A stretch of DNA of 64,000 nucleotides from an uncultured Acidobacteriota bacterium. GTDB lineage: Bacteria > Acidobacteriota > Thermoanaerobaculia > Gp7-AA8. This document shows, one piece after another, positions 37,664 through 47,139 of this stretch. The stretch is from positions 576,001-640,000 of the forward strand of contig CAWGHO010000001.1 of NCBI GenBank assembly GCA_963822445.1, in the 5' to 3' direction. Position 1 is the first letter of the stretch; each line of letters opens with the position of its first letter. Both the position numbers and the translations under genes were made by a program. A model generated the notes under the pieces. The model was not told where the DNA came from, did no database searches, and worked only from the letters and a program-made list of their open reading frames with translations.

Positions 37664-40600
37664 ATGACCATTCCCACGGAGACCCCCGTCCGCGTCGCTA
37701 CGCGCCCGTCGAGATTTCAACGGGCGAAGCGCGCCTTGGCCCGTCTTCTGCGCCACGGCCGGCGCAACACGCCAGACTCCCTCCAGACCACGATCGCCAT
37801 CCTCAAAGCGCAGCAGGAAGCGACGCTGGAAGGCATCCTGGTCGTCGACGACAAGGGCAAGGTCCTTTCGTACAACCGCCGCTTCCTCGAGATCTGGCGC
37901 ATCCCCGACCAGATCGCCGTTCGCGCCGACGACAACGAGCTCCTCGGGTACGCGGCTGATTCCGTCGCGAACTGGGACGCGTTCATCGAGCTGGTCAACT
38001 ATCTCTACGAACATCCCGACGAGGTCCGTAGCGGGGACATGGTTCATCTCAAGGATGGCCGTGTCCTTTCCCGCTCGAGCCTCCCGATCATCGTCGACGG
38101 CGAGGTCCACGGACGCTCCTGGTACTTCCGCGACATCACCGAATCGGTGAAGTCGGAGAAGCTGCAGGACGCGCTGTTCCGCATCGCGCAGCTCACGCGC
38201 GAAGTGGAGAGCCTCGACGAGTTGTACGCCGAGGTGCATGGCGTCGTGCGGACGCTGATGGCGGCGGAGAACTTCTTCATCGCCGAGTACGACGCCGATC
38301 GCGATCTGCTCCACTTCCCCTACTTCGTCGACCAGTTCGACGGGCACAAATCGTCGACGATGAATCCCGGTCACGGCCTCACCGCATACGTGCTGCGAAC
38401 CGGCGAGCCGCTGCTGGCCACACCCGAGGTCTTCGAGCGCCTGGCCAACGCCGGCGAGGTGGAGTCGATCGGCACGCCATCGCTCGATTGGCTCGGCGTA
38501 CCGCTGAAGACGGGCGATGTCACCTGGGGCGTGATCGGAGCGCAGACGTATGTCGAGAGCATGCGCTACACGGAGCGCGATCGCGACCTGCTGGTTTTCG
38601 TGGCCCGGCACGTGGCCGCCGCGATCGAGCACAAGCGCCGCGAATACGCATTGCGCGACAGCGAGCTCCGGCACCGGCAGATGTTCGAGAACAACCGCGC
38701 GGTGAAGCTGCTCATCGATCCCGAGACCGGCGCCATCGTCGACGCCAATCCATCGGCCATCGACTTCTACGGCTACTCGCGCGAAGAGCTCCTGAGCCTT
38801 CGGGTCTGGGACATCAACGTCAGCGGCGAGGAGGAAGTGCGCCGCGAGATGATCCGCGCGAAGGAGCAGCACCGCACGTACTTCCAGTTCAAGCACAGGC
38901 GCGCCGACGGAGAGATCCGCAGCGTGGAAGTACACAGCGGACCGATCGAAGTGGACGGCGGGAAACTGCTCTACTCGATCATCCACGACATCACCGAGCG
39001 CAAACGCGCCGAGGAAGCGCTGCAGCAATCGGAAGAAAAGTACCGGGTCATCTTCGATTACGCGCCGGTCGGCATTTATCAGTCCACGCGCGACGGCCGC
39101 TTCGTGACCGCGAATCCAGCCCTGGCCCGCATCCTCGGCTACGACTCCGTCGAGGAACTGCTCACCCGCAATCTCGAAAAGGACATCTACTGGGACTCGT
39201 CGCAGCGCGAGGAGATGATCCGCCGCTTCGAGCCATCGGGCTCCGGGAACAACATCGAGGTCTGCTGGAAGCGCAAGGACGGCTCACCGATCCACGTGCA
39301 GATCAACGCCCACGGCGTTCGCGCGCCGCACGGGATCACGTTCTTCGAAGGATTCGTCTTCGACGTCACCGAGCGCAAACGCGCCGAGGATTCGGTCGCC
39401 GCGGCGGATGCCCAGCGCAAGGCCGTCCTCGATGCCGCCACGCGCGTCTCGATCATTGCCACGAACGCGACCGGCACGATCACCATCTTCAACGCCGGCG
39501 CGGAACGGATGCTCGGCTATGAAGCGGCGGAGATGGTCGGGCGACGATCGCTGCTCGATCTGCATCGTGCCGAGGAGGTCGATCGCCACGCCATTCAGCT
39601 CTCGTCCGAGCTCGGACGCGTGGTCGAAGGCTTCGACGTGCTGGTCCTGCGTGCGGCGACGGAAGACGCGGAAGAGCACGAGTGGACGTACGCGAAGAAG
39701 AACGGCGAGGCGCTGACCGTCGCCGTTTCGGTCACCGCGCTCCGTGACGAGCACGGGATGGTCAACGGTTTCCTGCACGTCGCCGCGGACATCACGCCGC
39801 GCAAACGGGCCGAGGAGATTCTGCGCAAGCAGTCAGCGGCCATGACCGCGTCGATGGACGGCATCGGCATCCTCGACGACCGCCTCGAATTCACGTATCT
39901 CAACGATTCGCTGGCCAAGCTCTTCGGCTATCCGAATCCACAGGAGATCCTCGGCCGCAACCTCTGCGATCTGTACGAGCCGCACGAGCAGGTCCGCTTC
40001 ATCACCAGCATCGTCCCGCTCGTTCATCAGCGCGGCCGCTGGCGCGGCGAAGCGACCGGACTACGTCGCGATGGAACGAATTTCCCCCAGGAAATTTCGC
40101 TGACGGCGATCGCCGGCGACGGCATGGTCTGCGTGGTCCGCGACATCACCGAGCGCACGTATGCCGAGGAGCAGATCAAGCACCTCGCCTACCACGACGC
40201 GCTGACGAACCTTCCCAATCGCCTGTTGTTCAAGGACCGGCTCACGGTCGCGTTGTCGCACGCGCAACGGGAATCGTCACGCCTGGCCGTCCTCTTCCTC
40301 GACCTCGATCGGTTCAAAGTCATCAACGACTCCCTCGGACACAACATCGGCGATCAGCTGCTGCAGGCGGTCGCCGTGCGCGTGCAGGCCTGCGTCCGCG
40401 AGAGCGACACCGTGGCCCGCCTCGGCGGCGACGAGTTCACCGTTCTCCTGCCGCGATTGAACCGCTCCGATGACGCGGCGCCCGTCGCTTCGAAAATCAT
40501 CGAGGCCATCCGCCACCCCTTCCACATCGAGGGGCGCGAGTTCTTCACGACCACGAGCATCGGCATCAGCCTGTTTCCTGAGGATGGAACGGATGCCGAG

Positions 40601-41452
40601 GCGCTGATCAAGAACGCGGATACGGCCATGTATCAGGCCAAGGAACTGGGCCGCGACAACTATCAGCTCTTCAACGCGCATGTGAATGCGAAGGCGCTGC
40701 AGCGCATCACCATCGAGCACGGCCTGCGCAAAGCGCTGGCGAACGACGAGTTCAAGGTGCATTACCAGCCGATCTTCGATCTCCGCAGCGGACGGATCAC
40801 CGGCACCGAAGCGCTGCTTCGCTGGACGCATCCGGAGATGGGCGCCATTCCGCCGGCGACTTTCATTCCGCTGGCCGAGGCCACCGGCGCGATGATCCCG
40901 ATCGGCGGATGGGCATTGCGCGAGGCCGTGCGTCAGGCGAAGGAGTGGCACGACGCGGGGCATACCGATCTGACCATCGCCGTGAATCTCTCAGTGACGC
41001 AGTTGCAGCAGACCGATCTGGTGCATCGCGTGCGGGAGATCCTCGCGGAGACGCAGTTGCCGCCGCAATTGCTCGAGCTGGAGATCACCGAGAGCAGCGC
41101 GATGATCAATCCCGAGGCCAGCGTGCGGACGCTGGATGAGCTGAAACGGATCGGCATCCGCATCTCGCTCGACGATTTCGGCACGGGCCACTCGTCGCTG
41201 AGCTACCTGAAGCGCTTCCCGATCGATACGCTGAAGATCGATCAGTCGTTCGTCCGGGACATCACGTCCGAGGCCGATACGGCGGCGATCGTGCAGGCCA
41301 TCATCGCCATGGCCCACAGCCTGCGGTTGAAGGTGATCGCGGAAGGCGTGGAGTACCCCGAGCAGGCTGATTTCCTCCGCCTGCACGGCTGCGATCAGAT
41401 GCAGGGCTACCTGATCAAGCCGCCCGTCGCGGCCTGCGATCTGGAGTTGTGA
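37664..41452 (+). CDS. PAS/GAF - GGDEF - EAL protein
   Basis: Multiple PAS-PAC (DITERKRAE), GAF, intact GGDEF, EALLRW, DDFGTG. Confidence 0.94.
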   Translation: MTIPTETPVRVATRPSRFQRAKRALARLLRHGRRNTPDSLQTTIAILKAQQEATLEGILVVDDKGKVLSYNRRFLEIWRIPDQIAVRADDNELLGYAADSVANWDAFIELVNYLYEHPDEVRSGDMVHLKDGRVLSRSSLPIIVDGEVHGRSWYFRDITESVKSEKLQDALFRIAQLTREVESLDELYAEVHGVVRTLMAAENFFIAEYDADRDLLHFPYFVDQFDGHKSSTMNPGHGLTAYVLRTGEPLLATPEVFERLANAGEVESIGTPSLDWLGVPLKTGDVTWGVIGAQTYVESMRYTERDRDLLVFVARHVAAAIEHKRREYALRDSELRHRQMFENNRAVKLLIDPETGAIVDANPSAIDFYGYSREELLSLRVWDINVSGEEEVRREMIRAKEQHRTYFQFKHRRADGEIRSVEVHSGPIEVDGGKLLYSIIHDITERKRAEEALQQSEEKYRVIFDYAPVGIYQSTRDGRFVTANPALARILGYDSVEELLTRNLEKDIYWDSSQREEMIRRFEPSGSGNNIEVCWKRKDGSPIHVQINAHGVRAPHGITFFEGFVFDVTERKRAEDSVAAADAQRKAVLDAATRVSIIATNATGTITIFNAGAERMLGYEAAEMVGRRSLLDLHRAEEVDRHAIQLSSELGRVVEGFDVLVLRAATEDAEEHEWTYAKKNGEALTVAVSVTALRDEHGMVNGFLHVAADITPRKRAEEILRKQSAAMTASMDGIGILDDRLEFTYLNDSLAKLFGYPNPQEILGRNLCDLYEPHEQVRFITSIVPLVHQRGRWRGEATGLRRDGTNFPQEISLTAIAGDGMVCVVRDITERTYAEEQIKHLAYHDALTNLPNRLLFKDRLTVALSHAQRESSRLAVLFLDLDRFKVINDSLGHNIGDQLLQAVAVRVQACVRESDTVARLGGDEFTVLLPRLNRSDDAAPVASKIIEAIRHPFHIEGREFFTTTSIGISLFPEDGTDAEALIKNADTAMYQAKELGRDNYQLFNAHVNAKALQRITIEHGLRKALANDEFKVHYQPIFDLRSGRITGTEALLRWTHPEMGAIPPATFIPLAEATGAMIPIGGWALREAVRQAKEWHDAGHTDLTIAVNLSVTQLQQTDLVHRVREILAETQLPPQLLELEITESSAMINPEASVRTLDELKRIGIRISLDDFGTGHSSLSYLKRFPIDTLKIDQSFVRDITSEADTAAIVQAIIAMAHSLRLKVIAEGVEYPEQADFLRLHGCDQMQGYLIKPPVAACDLEL

Positions 41453-43149
41453 TGCGGGTCATCCTCGCGCTCCTCGTTTGGAGTGCGGCGGCTCTGCCGC
41501 CGCTTTGGCAGAGCGCGGAGCGCGAAAGCCGTCGCAGTTCCCCGATCGCCACTGACGGCGCGCGCGTCGTCGTCGTCAACGAAGACTCGCATTCCGTCAC
41601 GGTTCTGGAAGGTGCGGAAATTCCGGTTTGCGAGCGTCCACGAACGGTCTCGCTCGATGGCGACTTAGCATTCGTTCCCTGCGCTGACGGTCGAATCGCA
41701 CGCGTCAATCTCGAGACTCTTGCGGTCGACCTGGCCGAGGTGGGTGTGGAGCCGTATGGCGCAATCGCCGATGGCGATCGCGTTTACGTGACCGATCACG
41801 GCGCCGCGGCGATTCGCGTTCTCGACGCCGCAACGCTGGAGACGATCGCGACGATCGCCACGGAACCGTATCCGCGGGGCATGGCTCTCGATGATGAGAC
41901 GCTCTACGTCACGCACTTCCGCACCGGCCGCATCACGGTGATCGACACGGCCACGCTCGAGATCGAAAGGGTGCTCTCCACGGGCGTGGATTCGAACCTG
42001 TCCCAATCGATCACCCTGGCCGGCAATCGCGCGTATCTGCCGCAGACCCGATCGGACGTCAGCAATCGCGCGCTGCTCTTCGACAACACGGTCTTTCCGG
42101 TGATCACCGCCGTCGACCTGACCACCGGCGCTGTCGTGACGCGGGAGCGCGTGCAGCTCGACATCGTCGATCAGCCGGTGAACATGCCCATCGACGCCGT
42201 GGTCACATCCGGCAACAAGCTGTACGTCGTGCATGCGGGCAGCGACGATCTGTCCGCGATCACACTGCCCTTCCAGGAAACCGTAGCCCACCTCGACCTC
42301 GGCTCGAATCCGAACGGCATCACCCTCTCCCCCGACGAGCGGCTCGTGTACGTGAACAACGCCTTGTCAGGCACGGTGTCCGTCGTCGACACGGCCACGG
42401 ACACGATCATCGACACGATCGTGACGACGGCGATCCCGATGAATCCGAATGTGCTGCGCGGAAAGATTCTCTTCAACAGCTCGTCGTCGACGACTCTGTC
42501 GAAGGATGAGTGGATCTCCTGCGCGACCTGCCATGTCGAAGGTGGCGCGGACGGCCGGACCTGGTTCTTCCGCGACGGCATTCGCAACACGCCGGCGCTC
42601 TTCGGTGTGGCCTCGACGCTGCCGATGCACTGGTCGGGCGATCTCGATGAGCTGCAGGACGTCGAGAACACGATCCGCACCGTGCAGGCCGGAACGGGCC
42701 TGGCCAGCGGCGACGTGCATTGCACGCCGGCATGCGATGCCGGACCACCGAACGCGCGGCGCTCGCGGGATCTCGACGATCTGGCGCTGTTCATGACCAC
42801 GCTCCGGGCGCCGCGGCGCGTTGTTTCGACCAGCAACGCGGCCCGTCGCGGGGAACCGCTCTTCGCGGTTCATTGCGCCGAATGCCATCCCGCGCCGCTC
42901 TACACCGATCGCAGGAAGCACGACGTCGGCACCGGCATCGGTCCCATGGAGCGGAAAGGACCGTTCTTCGACACGCCCTCGCTCCGCGGCGCCTTCGACA
43001 CGGGGCCGTATCTGCACGACGGCAGCGCCGCGACGATCCGCGAGGCGATCACGCGTCACACCAACGTCAACGGCGCGGACGCGGACGATCTCGCGGCATT
43101 CGTGCAGGCGATTGCTTACCCACAATTACGACGCCGCGCGATCCGCTGA
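41452..43149 (+). CDS. YVTN beta-propeller + di-heme cytochrome c peroxidase-family protein
   Basis: VYVTD/LYVTH/VYVNN repeats; CATCH and CAECH; RNTP, TPSLRG...PYLHDGS; TGATG coupling to upstream gene. Confidence 0.85.
   Translation: MRVILALLVWSAAALPPLWQSAERESRRSSPIATDGARVVVVNEDSHSVTVLEGAEIPVCERPRTVSLDGDLAFVPCADGRIARVNLETLAVDLAEVGVEPYGAIADGDRVYVTDHGAAAIRVLDAATLETIATIATEPYPRGMALDDETLYVTHFRTGRITVIDTATLEIERVLSTGVDSNLSQSITLAGNRAYLPQTRSDVSNRALLFDNTVFPVITAVDLTTGAVVTRERVQLDIVDQPVNMPIDAVVTSGNKLYVVHAGSDDLSAITLPFQETVAHLDLGSNPNGITLSPDERLVYVNNALSGTVSVVDTATDTIIDTIVTTAIPMNPNVLRGKILFNSSSSTTLSKDEWISCATCHVEGGADGRTWFFRDGIRNTPALFGVASTLPMHWSGDLDELQDVENTIRTVQAGTGLASGDVHCTPACDAGPPNARRSRDLDDLALFMTTLRAPRRVVSTSNAARRGEPLFAVHCAECHPAPLYTDRRKHDVGTGIGPMERKGPFFDTPSLRGAFDTGPYLHDGSAATIREAITRHTNVNGADADDLAAFVQAIAYPQLRRRAIR
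41478..41506 (+). repeat. TTGGAGTGCGG-family palindrome in frame in the signal-peptide region
   Basis: TTGGAGT-GCGGCGGC-TCT-GCCGCCGC-TTT. Confidence 0.8.
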
Positions 43150-43157
43150 GTCCGCAC

Positions 43158-43173
43158 TGGCAACCAAGTTGCT
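43158..43173 (+). promoter_or_regulatory. Putative sigma-54 promoter
   Basis: TGGCAACCAAGTTGCT fits TGGCA-N6-TTGCW. Confidence 0.55.
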
Positions 43174-43190
43174 GCACAGACCGCTCACCA

Positions 43191-43379
43191 ATGGCTGAGC
43201 TGGACGACATCTCGGAATCGCTTCGCCAGCATCGCAAGGCTCTGGACGACCAATGCGACCAGACCGCGACGCGCACCAGCGAGACCGCGCGCATCCTGGA
43301 CAAGATCGAGGATCTGCGCCGCCGCTCGGAAGCCACGAACCGCGCGTTCGTCGTGGGAAAACCCGACGACAAAGCTTAG
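43191..43379 (+). CDS. Small coiled-coil hypothetical protein (62 aa)
   Basis: MAELDDISES...; host-like codons; follows the sigma-54-like motif. Confidence 0.55.
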   Translation: MAELDDISESLRQHRKALDDQCDQTATRTSETARILDKIEDLRRRSEATNRAFVVGKPDDKA

Positions 43380-43531
43380 TGGAGCGAGCGCCGCGAGCGC
43401 GTCTCGTCCCACAGCACCAGCAGGTTTCCGATCACCAGCGGCAACGCGAACAGCTTCGTGTTGTCGCTGGCGAAAAGCGCGACGATCGAGGCGACCATCA
43501 GCAGTGCGGCAACGATTCGGATCGGACTCAT
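43376..43531 (-). CDS. Small two-TM hypothetical protein
   Basis: MSPIRIVAALLMVASIVALF...LFALPLVIGNLLVLW. Confidence 0.45.
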   Translation of the reverse strand: MSPIRIVAALLMVASIVALFASDNTKLFALPLVIGNLLVLWDETRSRRSLH

Positions 43532-43550
43532 TTGCGCATCCGAATTGTGC

Positions 43551-44600
43551 CTAGGCGCGTATCTGCGCGGGCGGCGCGGCGTCATCGAGCAGCGCCGCGG
43601 CGGCCGCGATCTCCACCTTCGCCGCCGGCGCCGGCTGCGCGGGACTGATCCGGTAAAGGTCGGTCCGCGCGGTTTCCGGGTTCCTGCGCAGGTACTTGTT
43701 CTTGTACAGATCGCGATCGGCGGCGTCGATGAGCGGCTCGATGGCGACCACGTCGAGCAGGGCCGACGAGGAGAGGCCGGCGGTCACGCTCATCCCGAAC
43801 GTCTCCTGGCCGACCTCCCAATGCAGCGCGGCGATTTCGCGGGTCAGACGGTCGGCGACGGCCTGAACGCCTTCGATGGCCAGGCCGGTCACGACCATCA
43901 CGAACTCGTCACCTCCATAACGCGCGACCAGATCCTCGGGCCGCGTGGTCCGCAGAAAGAGGCCGCCGATGTCGCGGAGCATCCGGTCGCCGGTCAAATG
44001 GCCGTACGTGTCGTTGATTTTCTTGAAGTCGTCGAGATCGAACAGGATCAGGCTTACCGGGCCGGAACCGGCCAGCATGCGTTTCGTTTCGGCCACGAAG
44101 AACCGCCGGTTGACGAGTCCCGTCAGTTCATCGCGCGTGGCCAGGCCGTACAACTCGCGGATGGCCACGTCGAGCGTCCGCTGCCGCGCGGCGATGCGCC
44201 GGGCCGCGAGAAGCTTCGCCTGAAGCTCCGCCTGGGTCGCGGCCTTCGGCAGGAAATCGTCGAAGCCCGCCTCCAGCGCGGTCAGCTTCATATTCAGGTC
44301 GCTGTGATTGGTGAGCATGACCGCGTACATCGCCTTGATCCGCTCATCCGCCCGGATGCGGCCGATCAGGTCGAGGCCGGAGAGGCGCGGCATCTCCATG
44401 TCGATGATGACCATGTCGTAGGAATGGACTGCCATTTCGGCAAGCGCGGCCTCGCCGTCAGCCGCTTTGGCCACCTCGAATCCGAGCCGGCGCATCATGG
44501 CTGAAACGTACCCGGCGTAGCCCGTGTCGTCGTCGACGACGAGAAGGCGCAGCGGTTCCGCATCGATCTTCTGCTGTCGACGATCATCGTGATTGGTCAT
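43551..44600 (-). CDS. REC - GGDEF diguanylate cyclase
   Basis: VVDDD, DMEMP; RDELTGL, DLDDFK, RPED I-site, GGDEF. Confidence 0.92.
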   Translation of the reverse strand: MTNHDDRRQQKIDAEPLRLLVVDDDTGYAGYVSAMMRRLGFEVAKAADGEAALAEMAVHSYDMVIIDMEMPRLSGLDLIGRIRADERIKAMYAVMLTNHSDLNMKLTALEAGFDDFLPKAATQAELQAKLLAARRIAARQRTLDVAIRELYGLATRDELTGLVNRRFFVAETKRMLAGSGPVSLILFDLDDFKKINDTYGHLTGDRMLRDIGGLFLRTTRPEDLVARYGGDEFVMVVTGLAIEGVQAVADRLTREIAALHWEVGQETFGMSVTAGLSSSALLDVVAIEPLIDAADRDLYKNKYLRRNPETARTDLYRISPAQPAPAAKVEIAAAAALLDDAAPPAQIRA

Positions 44601-44701
44601 TAGTGGTAGTCCGACCACCGCGACGTTCATACTCTGCGCCAACCAGCCCCTGCCGTGTGATCGCCGTCACAGGACGAGCTTCGTGCGCGAGCCGATGAGC
44701 G

Positions 44702-46465
44702 CTACACCAGGTGCGGCTCGGCGACCTTCGCCGGCTTCTTCTCCCGCGCCAGGAACGCCTCCGCCGCGGCGGTGTGATGGAACAGGTCGAGCGTATCCGT
44801 CTCGTCGTCCGTCACCGGGGTCAGCGCGGTGTCCATGTACTCGTAGCGGGCCGGGTCGCGCTTGATGCGCATGTAGATCAGCCGGAAACCGGCGTACGTC
44901 GCGAACCAGCGGCAGAACTTGGCGATGCTCTCGAAAACGTAGCCGGGATAGAACTTCCAGACCGGCTCGATGGCGAAACCCGGCCGGCGGTCGCGGCGGA
45001 ACTTCTTCCGGAAGAAGCCCGATTCCAGCGGATGAACCTTCTCGATGTGAATCGAGCCGCCGAACCAGGTCATGAGCAGAATGGCATTGCTGGCGCTGGC
45101 CCGCCTCGCGACGAGACGGCGCAGGACGGCCTCCACGTGCTCCTTCGTGTAGTACGTCTCCCAGGCCACGCGGTAGATCTGCTCCCACTCCTCTTTCGAC
45201 ATCCGCGGATGCGCGGTGCAGACGTGATTGAGGTCGTACTTGTTCATGTCCGCGTCGACCTCGACGCCTTTCTTCACCAGCACCTGGTGGTCTTCCGATC
45301 CCGGCAGCGGCGTGAGGAAGAAGAACTCCAGGAGATCGACAGGCAGCTCTTTCTTGATGATCTCGATGTCGTGCCTGATGGACTCCGGTGTGTCGTTGGG
45401 AAATCCGAGGATATAGCCGGCGTAGGTGATGACCCGGGCGGATTTCCAGGCCAGGAGCATCTTCCGGTACTCGGTGATCTTGTTCTGCCGCTTCTTCGCG
45501 CCGACCAGGCTGTCGGGATTGATGTTCTCCAGCCCGATGAACACGCGCCGCACGCCGGCCCGTTTGCACTTCTCGATGAAGTTCGGGATCTTGTGGCAGA
45601 GCGTGTCGACCTGAATGATGAAGTGGATCTTGATCCCTTCTTCTTCTTTGAGCTTGATCAGGCGGTCGAGAATCGCTTCCCAGTCCGAGTTGCGGGCGAA
45701 GTTGTCGTCGGTGATGAAGAAGCTGTGCAGCCCCTGGGCGACATTCTCCCGCACGATCTGTTCGATGTCGTCCGGCGACCGGCGCCGCGACTTGCGCCCC
45801 TGCACGTTGATGATCGTGCAGAACGAGCACTGGAACGGACAGCCGCGGCCCGCGTCGAAACTGGTCACGTTCCCCGCGGTGCGCCAGGCCTTGAGCGCGG
45901 TGATGATCGGGATCGGCGAGCCTTCGATGCCCGGCAGGTCGGCCATGTAGTTGTACATGGGCTTCAGCGCGCCGGCATGAGCGTCGCGAAGAACCTCGTC
46001 CAGCCGTCCCTCGGCCTCGCCCGCGAAAAGAGAAATGCCCATGGCCCGCGCGCGATCGAGATCGGGATCCTTTCCGCCGAGCATGCTGATCACGCCGGAA
46101 ACATGGAAGCCGCCGATGGCGACCTGAATGCCGCGGTCGCGCAGCGGTCTGGCGAGATCGAGCGCGCGGGGGAACTGGTTCGACTGCACGCCGACCATCA
46201 TCACCATGCCGCTGCCGGCCTTCTCGATCATCCGGGCGAGCGCTTCCGGCCGGACCCGGGTGTTGGTCTCGTCGATCGGCTCGATGTCCATCTCCACGCC
46301 GTCGCCCAGAACCTTGCGCGCCGCGCAGTCGCGGGCGAGACCGTAGAGCGCGGCCAGGGAGTTCGACGGAATGGCCGAACGGAGCCACTGGATGACGTAC
46401 CCGTCGTCGTCGTAATGCGACGGTTTCACTAGGATCAGGCAGAAACGCGATGCAGACGTGGGCAT
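44702..46465 (-). CDS. B12-binding radical SAM protein (BchE-like)
   Basis: KPSHYDDDGY, IGGFHVS, RGCPFQCSFC, TDDNF. Confidence 0.9.
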   Translation of the reverse strand: MPTSASRFCLILVKPSHYDDDGYVIQWLRSAIPSNSLAALYGLARDCAARKVLGDGVEMDIEPIDETNTRVRPEALARMIEKAGSGMVMMVGVQSNQFPRALDLARPLRDRGIQVAIGGFHVSGVISMLGGKDPDLDRARAMGISLFAGEAEGRLDEVLRDAHAGALKPMYNYMADLPGIEGSPIPIITALKAWRTAGNVTSFDAGRGCPFQCSFCTIINVQGRKSRRRSPDDIEQIVRENVAQGLHSFFITDDNFARNSDWEAILDRLIKLKEEEGIKIHFIIQVDTLCHKIPNFIEKCKRAGVRRVFIGLENINPDSLVGAKKRQNKITEYRKMLLAWKSARVITYAGYILGFPNDTPESIRHDIEIIKKELPVDLLEFFFLTPLPGSEDHQVLVKKGVEVDADMNKYDLNHVCTAHPRMSKEEWEQIYRVAWETYYTKEHVEAVLRRLVARRASASNAILLMTWFGGSIHIEKVHPLESGFFRKKFRRDRRPGFAIEPVWKFYPGYVFESIAKFCRWFATYAGFRLIYMRIKRDPARYEYMDTALTPVTDDETDTLDLFHHTAAAEAFLAREKKPAKVAEPHLV

Positions 46466-46488
46466 GGGGATCGCGCGATTTTAGCCGA

Positions 46489-47127
46489 CTACCGGACTTC
46501 GAACGTCAGCGAGGCCCAAATGCTCTCCCAGTCGGCCACGGCCGCGTCCGGTGCGGCCACCATGTGCACGGTCTTCACGAGCCACTGCCCTTTCCTGAGT
46601 TTCGGAAACCCGACCATGCCTTTTGCGTCGCTGCGGGCGGCGTGCTGATCGCCGCCGCGGCGTATGGCCACGACCAGCGCGTTTCGCAACGGCTTGCCTT
46701 CGAAGAGGACCTGAAACCGGTCGCCGCTGCGAACGAGCTCGAGCCGCAGACCCACCGCCTCGTCCTTCACGCCCAGGAGCGTCTTCACCGATCGCGAGAA
46801 AACCTCGGTGCCGATCTTCCCTGATTCGCCGCGCGCCCTGCGGGCCTCGATGACGTGCTCGAGGCCTTCCTCGCGCAGGTAACTCTCGAATTTCGCTGCC
46901 TCGAGCTCGATGCGGTCGGGCCGGCTGCTGTACGTGACGATTCTCGACCGTTCACCTTCGATGGTTACGGAGTCCGTGGTCACGAGCTCGCCTTCGAAGT
47001 GCTCACCCACCTTCATCTGCAAATCGACCGTGTCCCCGCGCGCGGGCGCGAAGGTCGACGGCTCGATCCAGAAATCGTGAGCGTAGGCGGAGGACGCGAA
47101 GAGGAGAACCGCGGCAAGCGAGCGCAT
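46489..47127 (-). CDS. DUF4198-like exported protein
   Basis: Signal peptide followed by AHDFWIEP; WESIWASLTF C-terminus. Confidence 0.82.
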   Translation of the reverse strand: MRSLAAVLLFASSAYAHDFWIEPSTFAPARGDTVDLQMKVGEHFEGELVTTDSVTIEGERSRIVTYSSRPDRIELEAAKFESYLREEGLEHVIEARRARGESGKIGTEVFSRSVKTLLGVKDEAVGLRLELVRSGDRFQVLFEGKPLRNALVVAIRRGGDQHAARSDAKGMVGFPKLRKGQWLVKTVHMVAAPDAAVADWESIWASLTFEVR

Positions 47128-47139
47128 GCCCGATCTACG

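Noticed and set aside
44711-46432. Long alternative-frame ORFs (here and at 22362, 24264, 54172, 59872)
   Set aside because: Typical high-GC shadow frames overlapping well-supported genes
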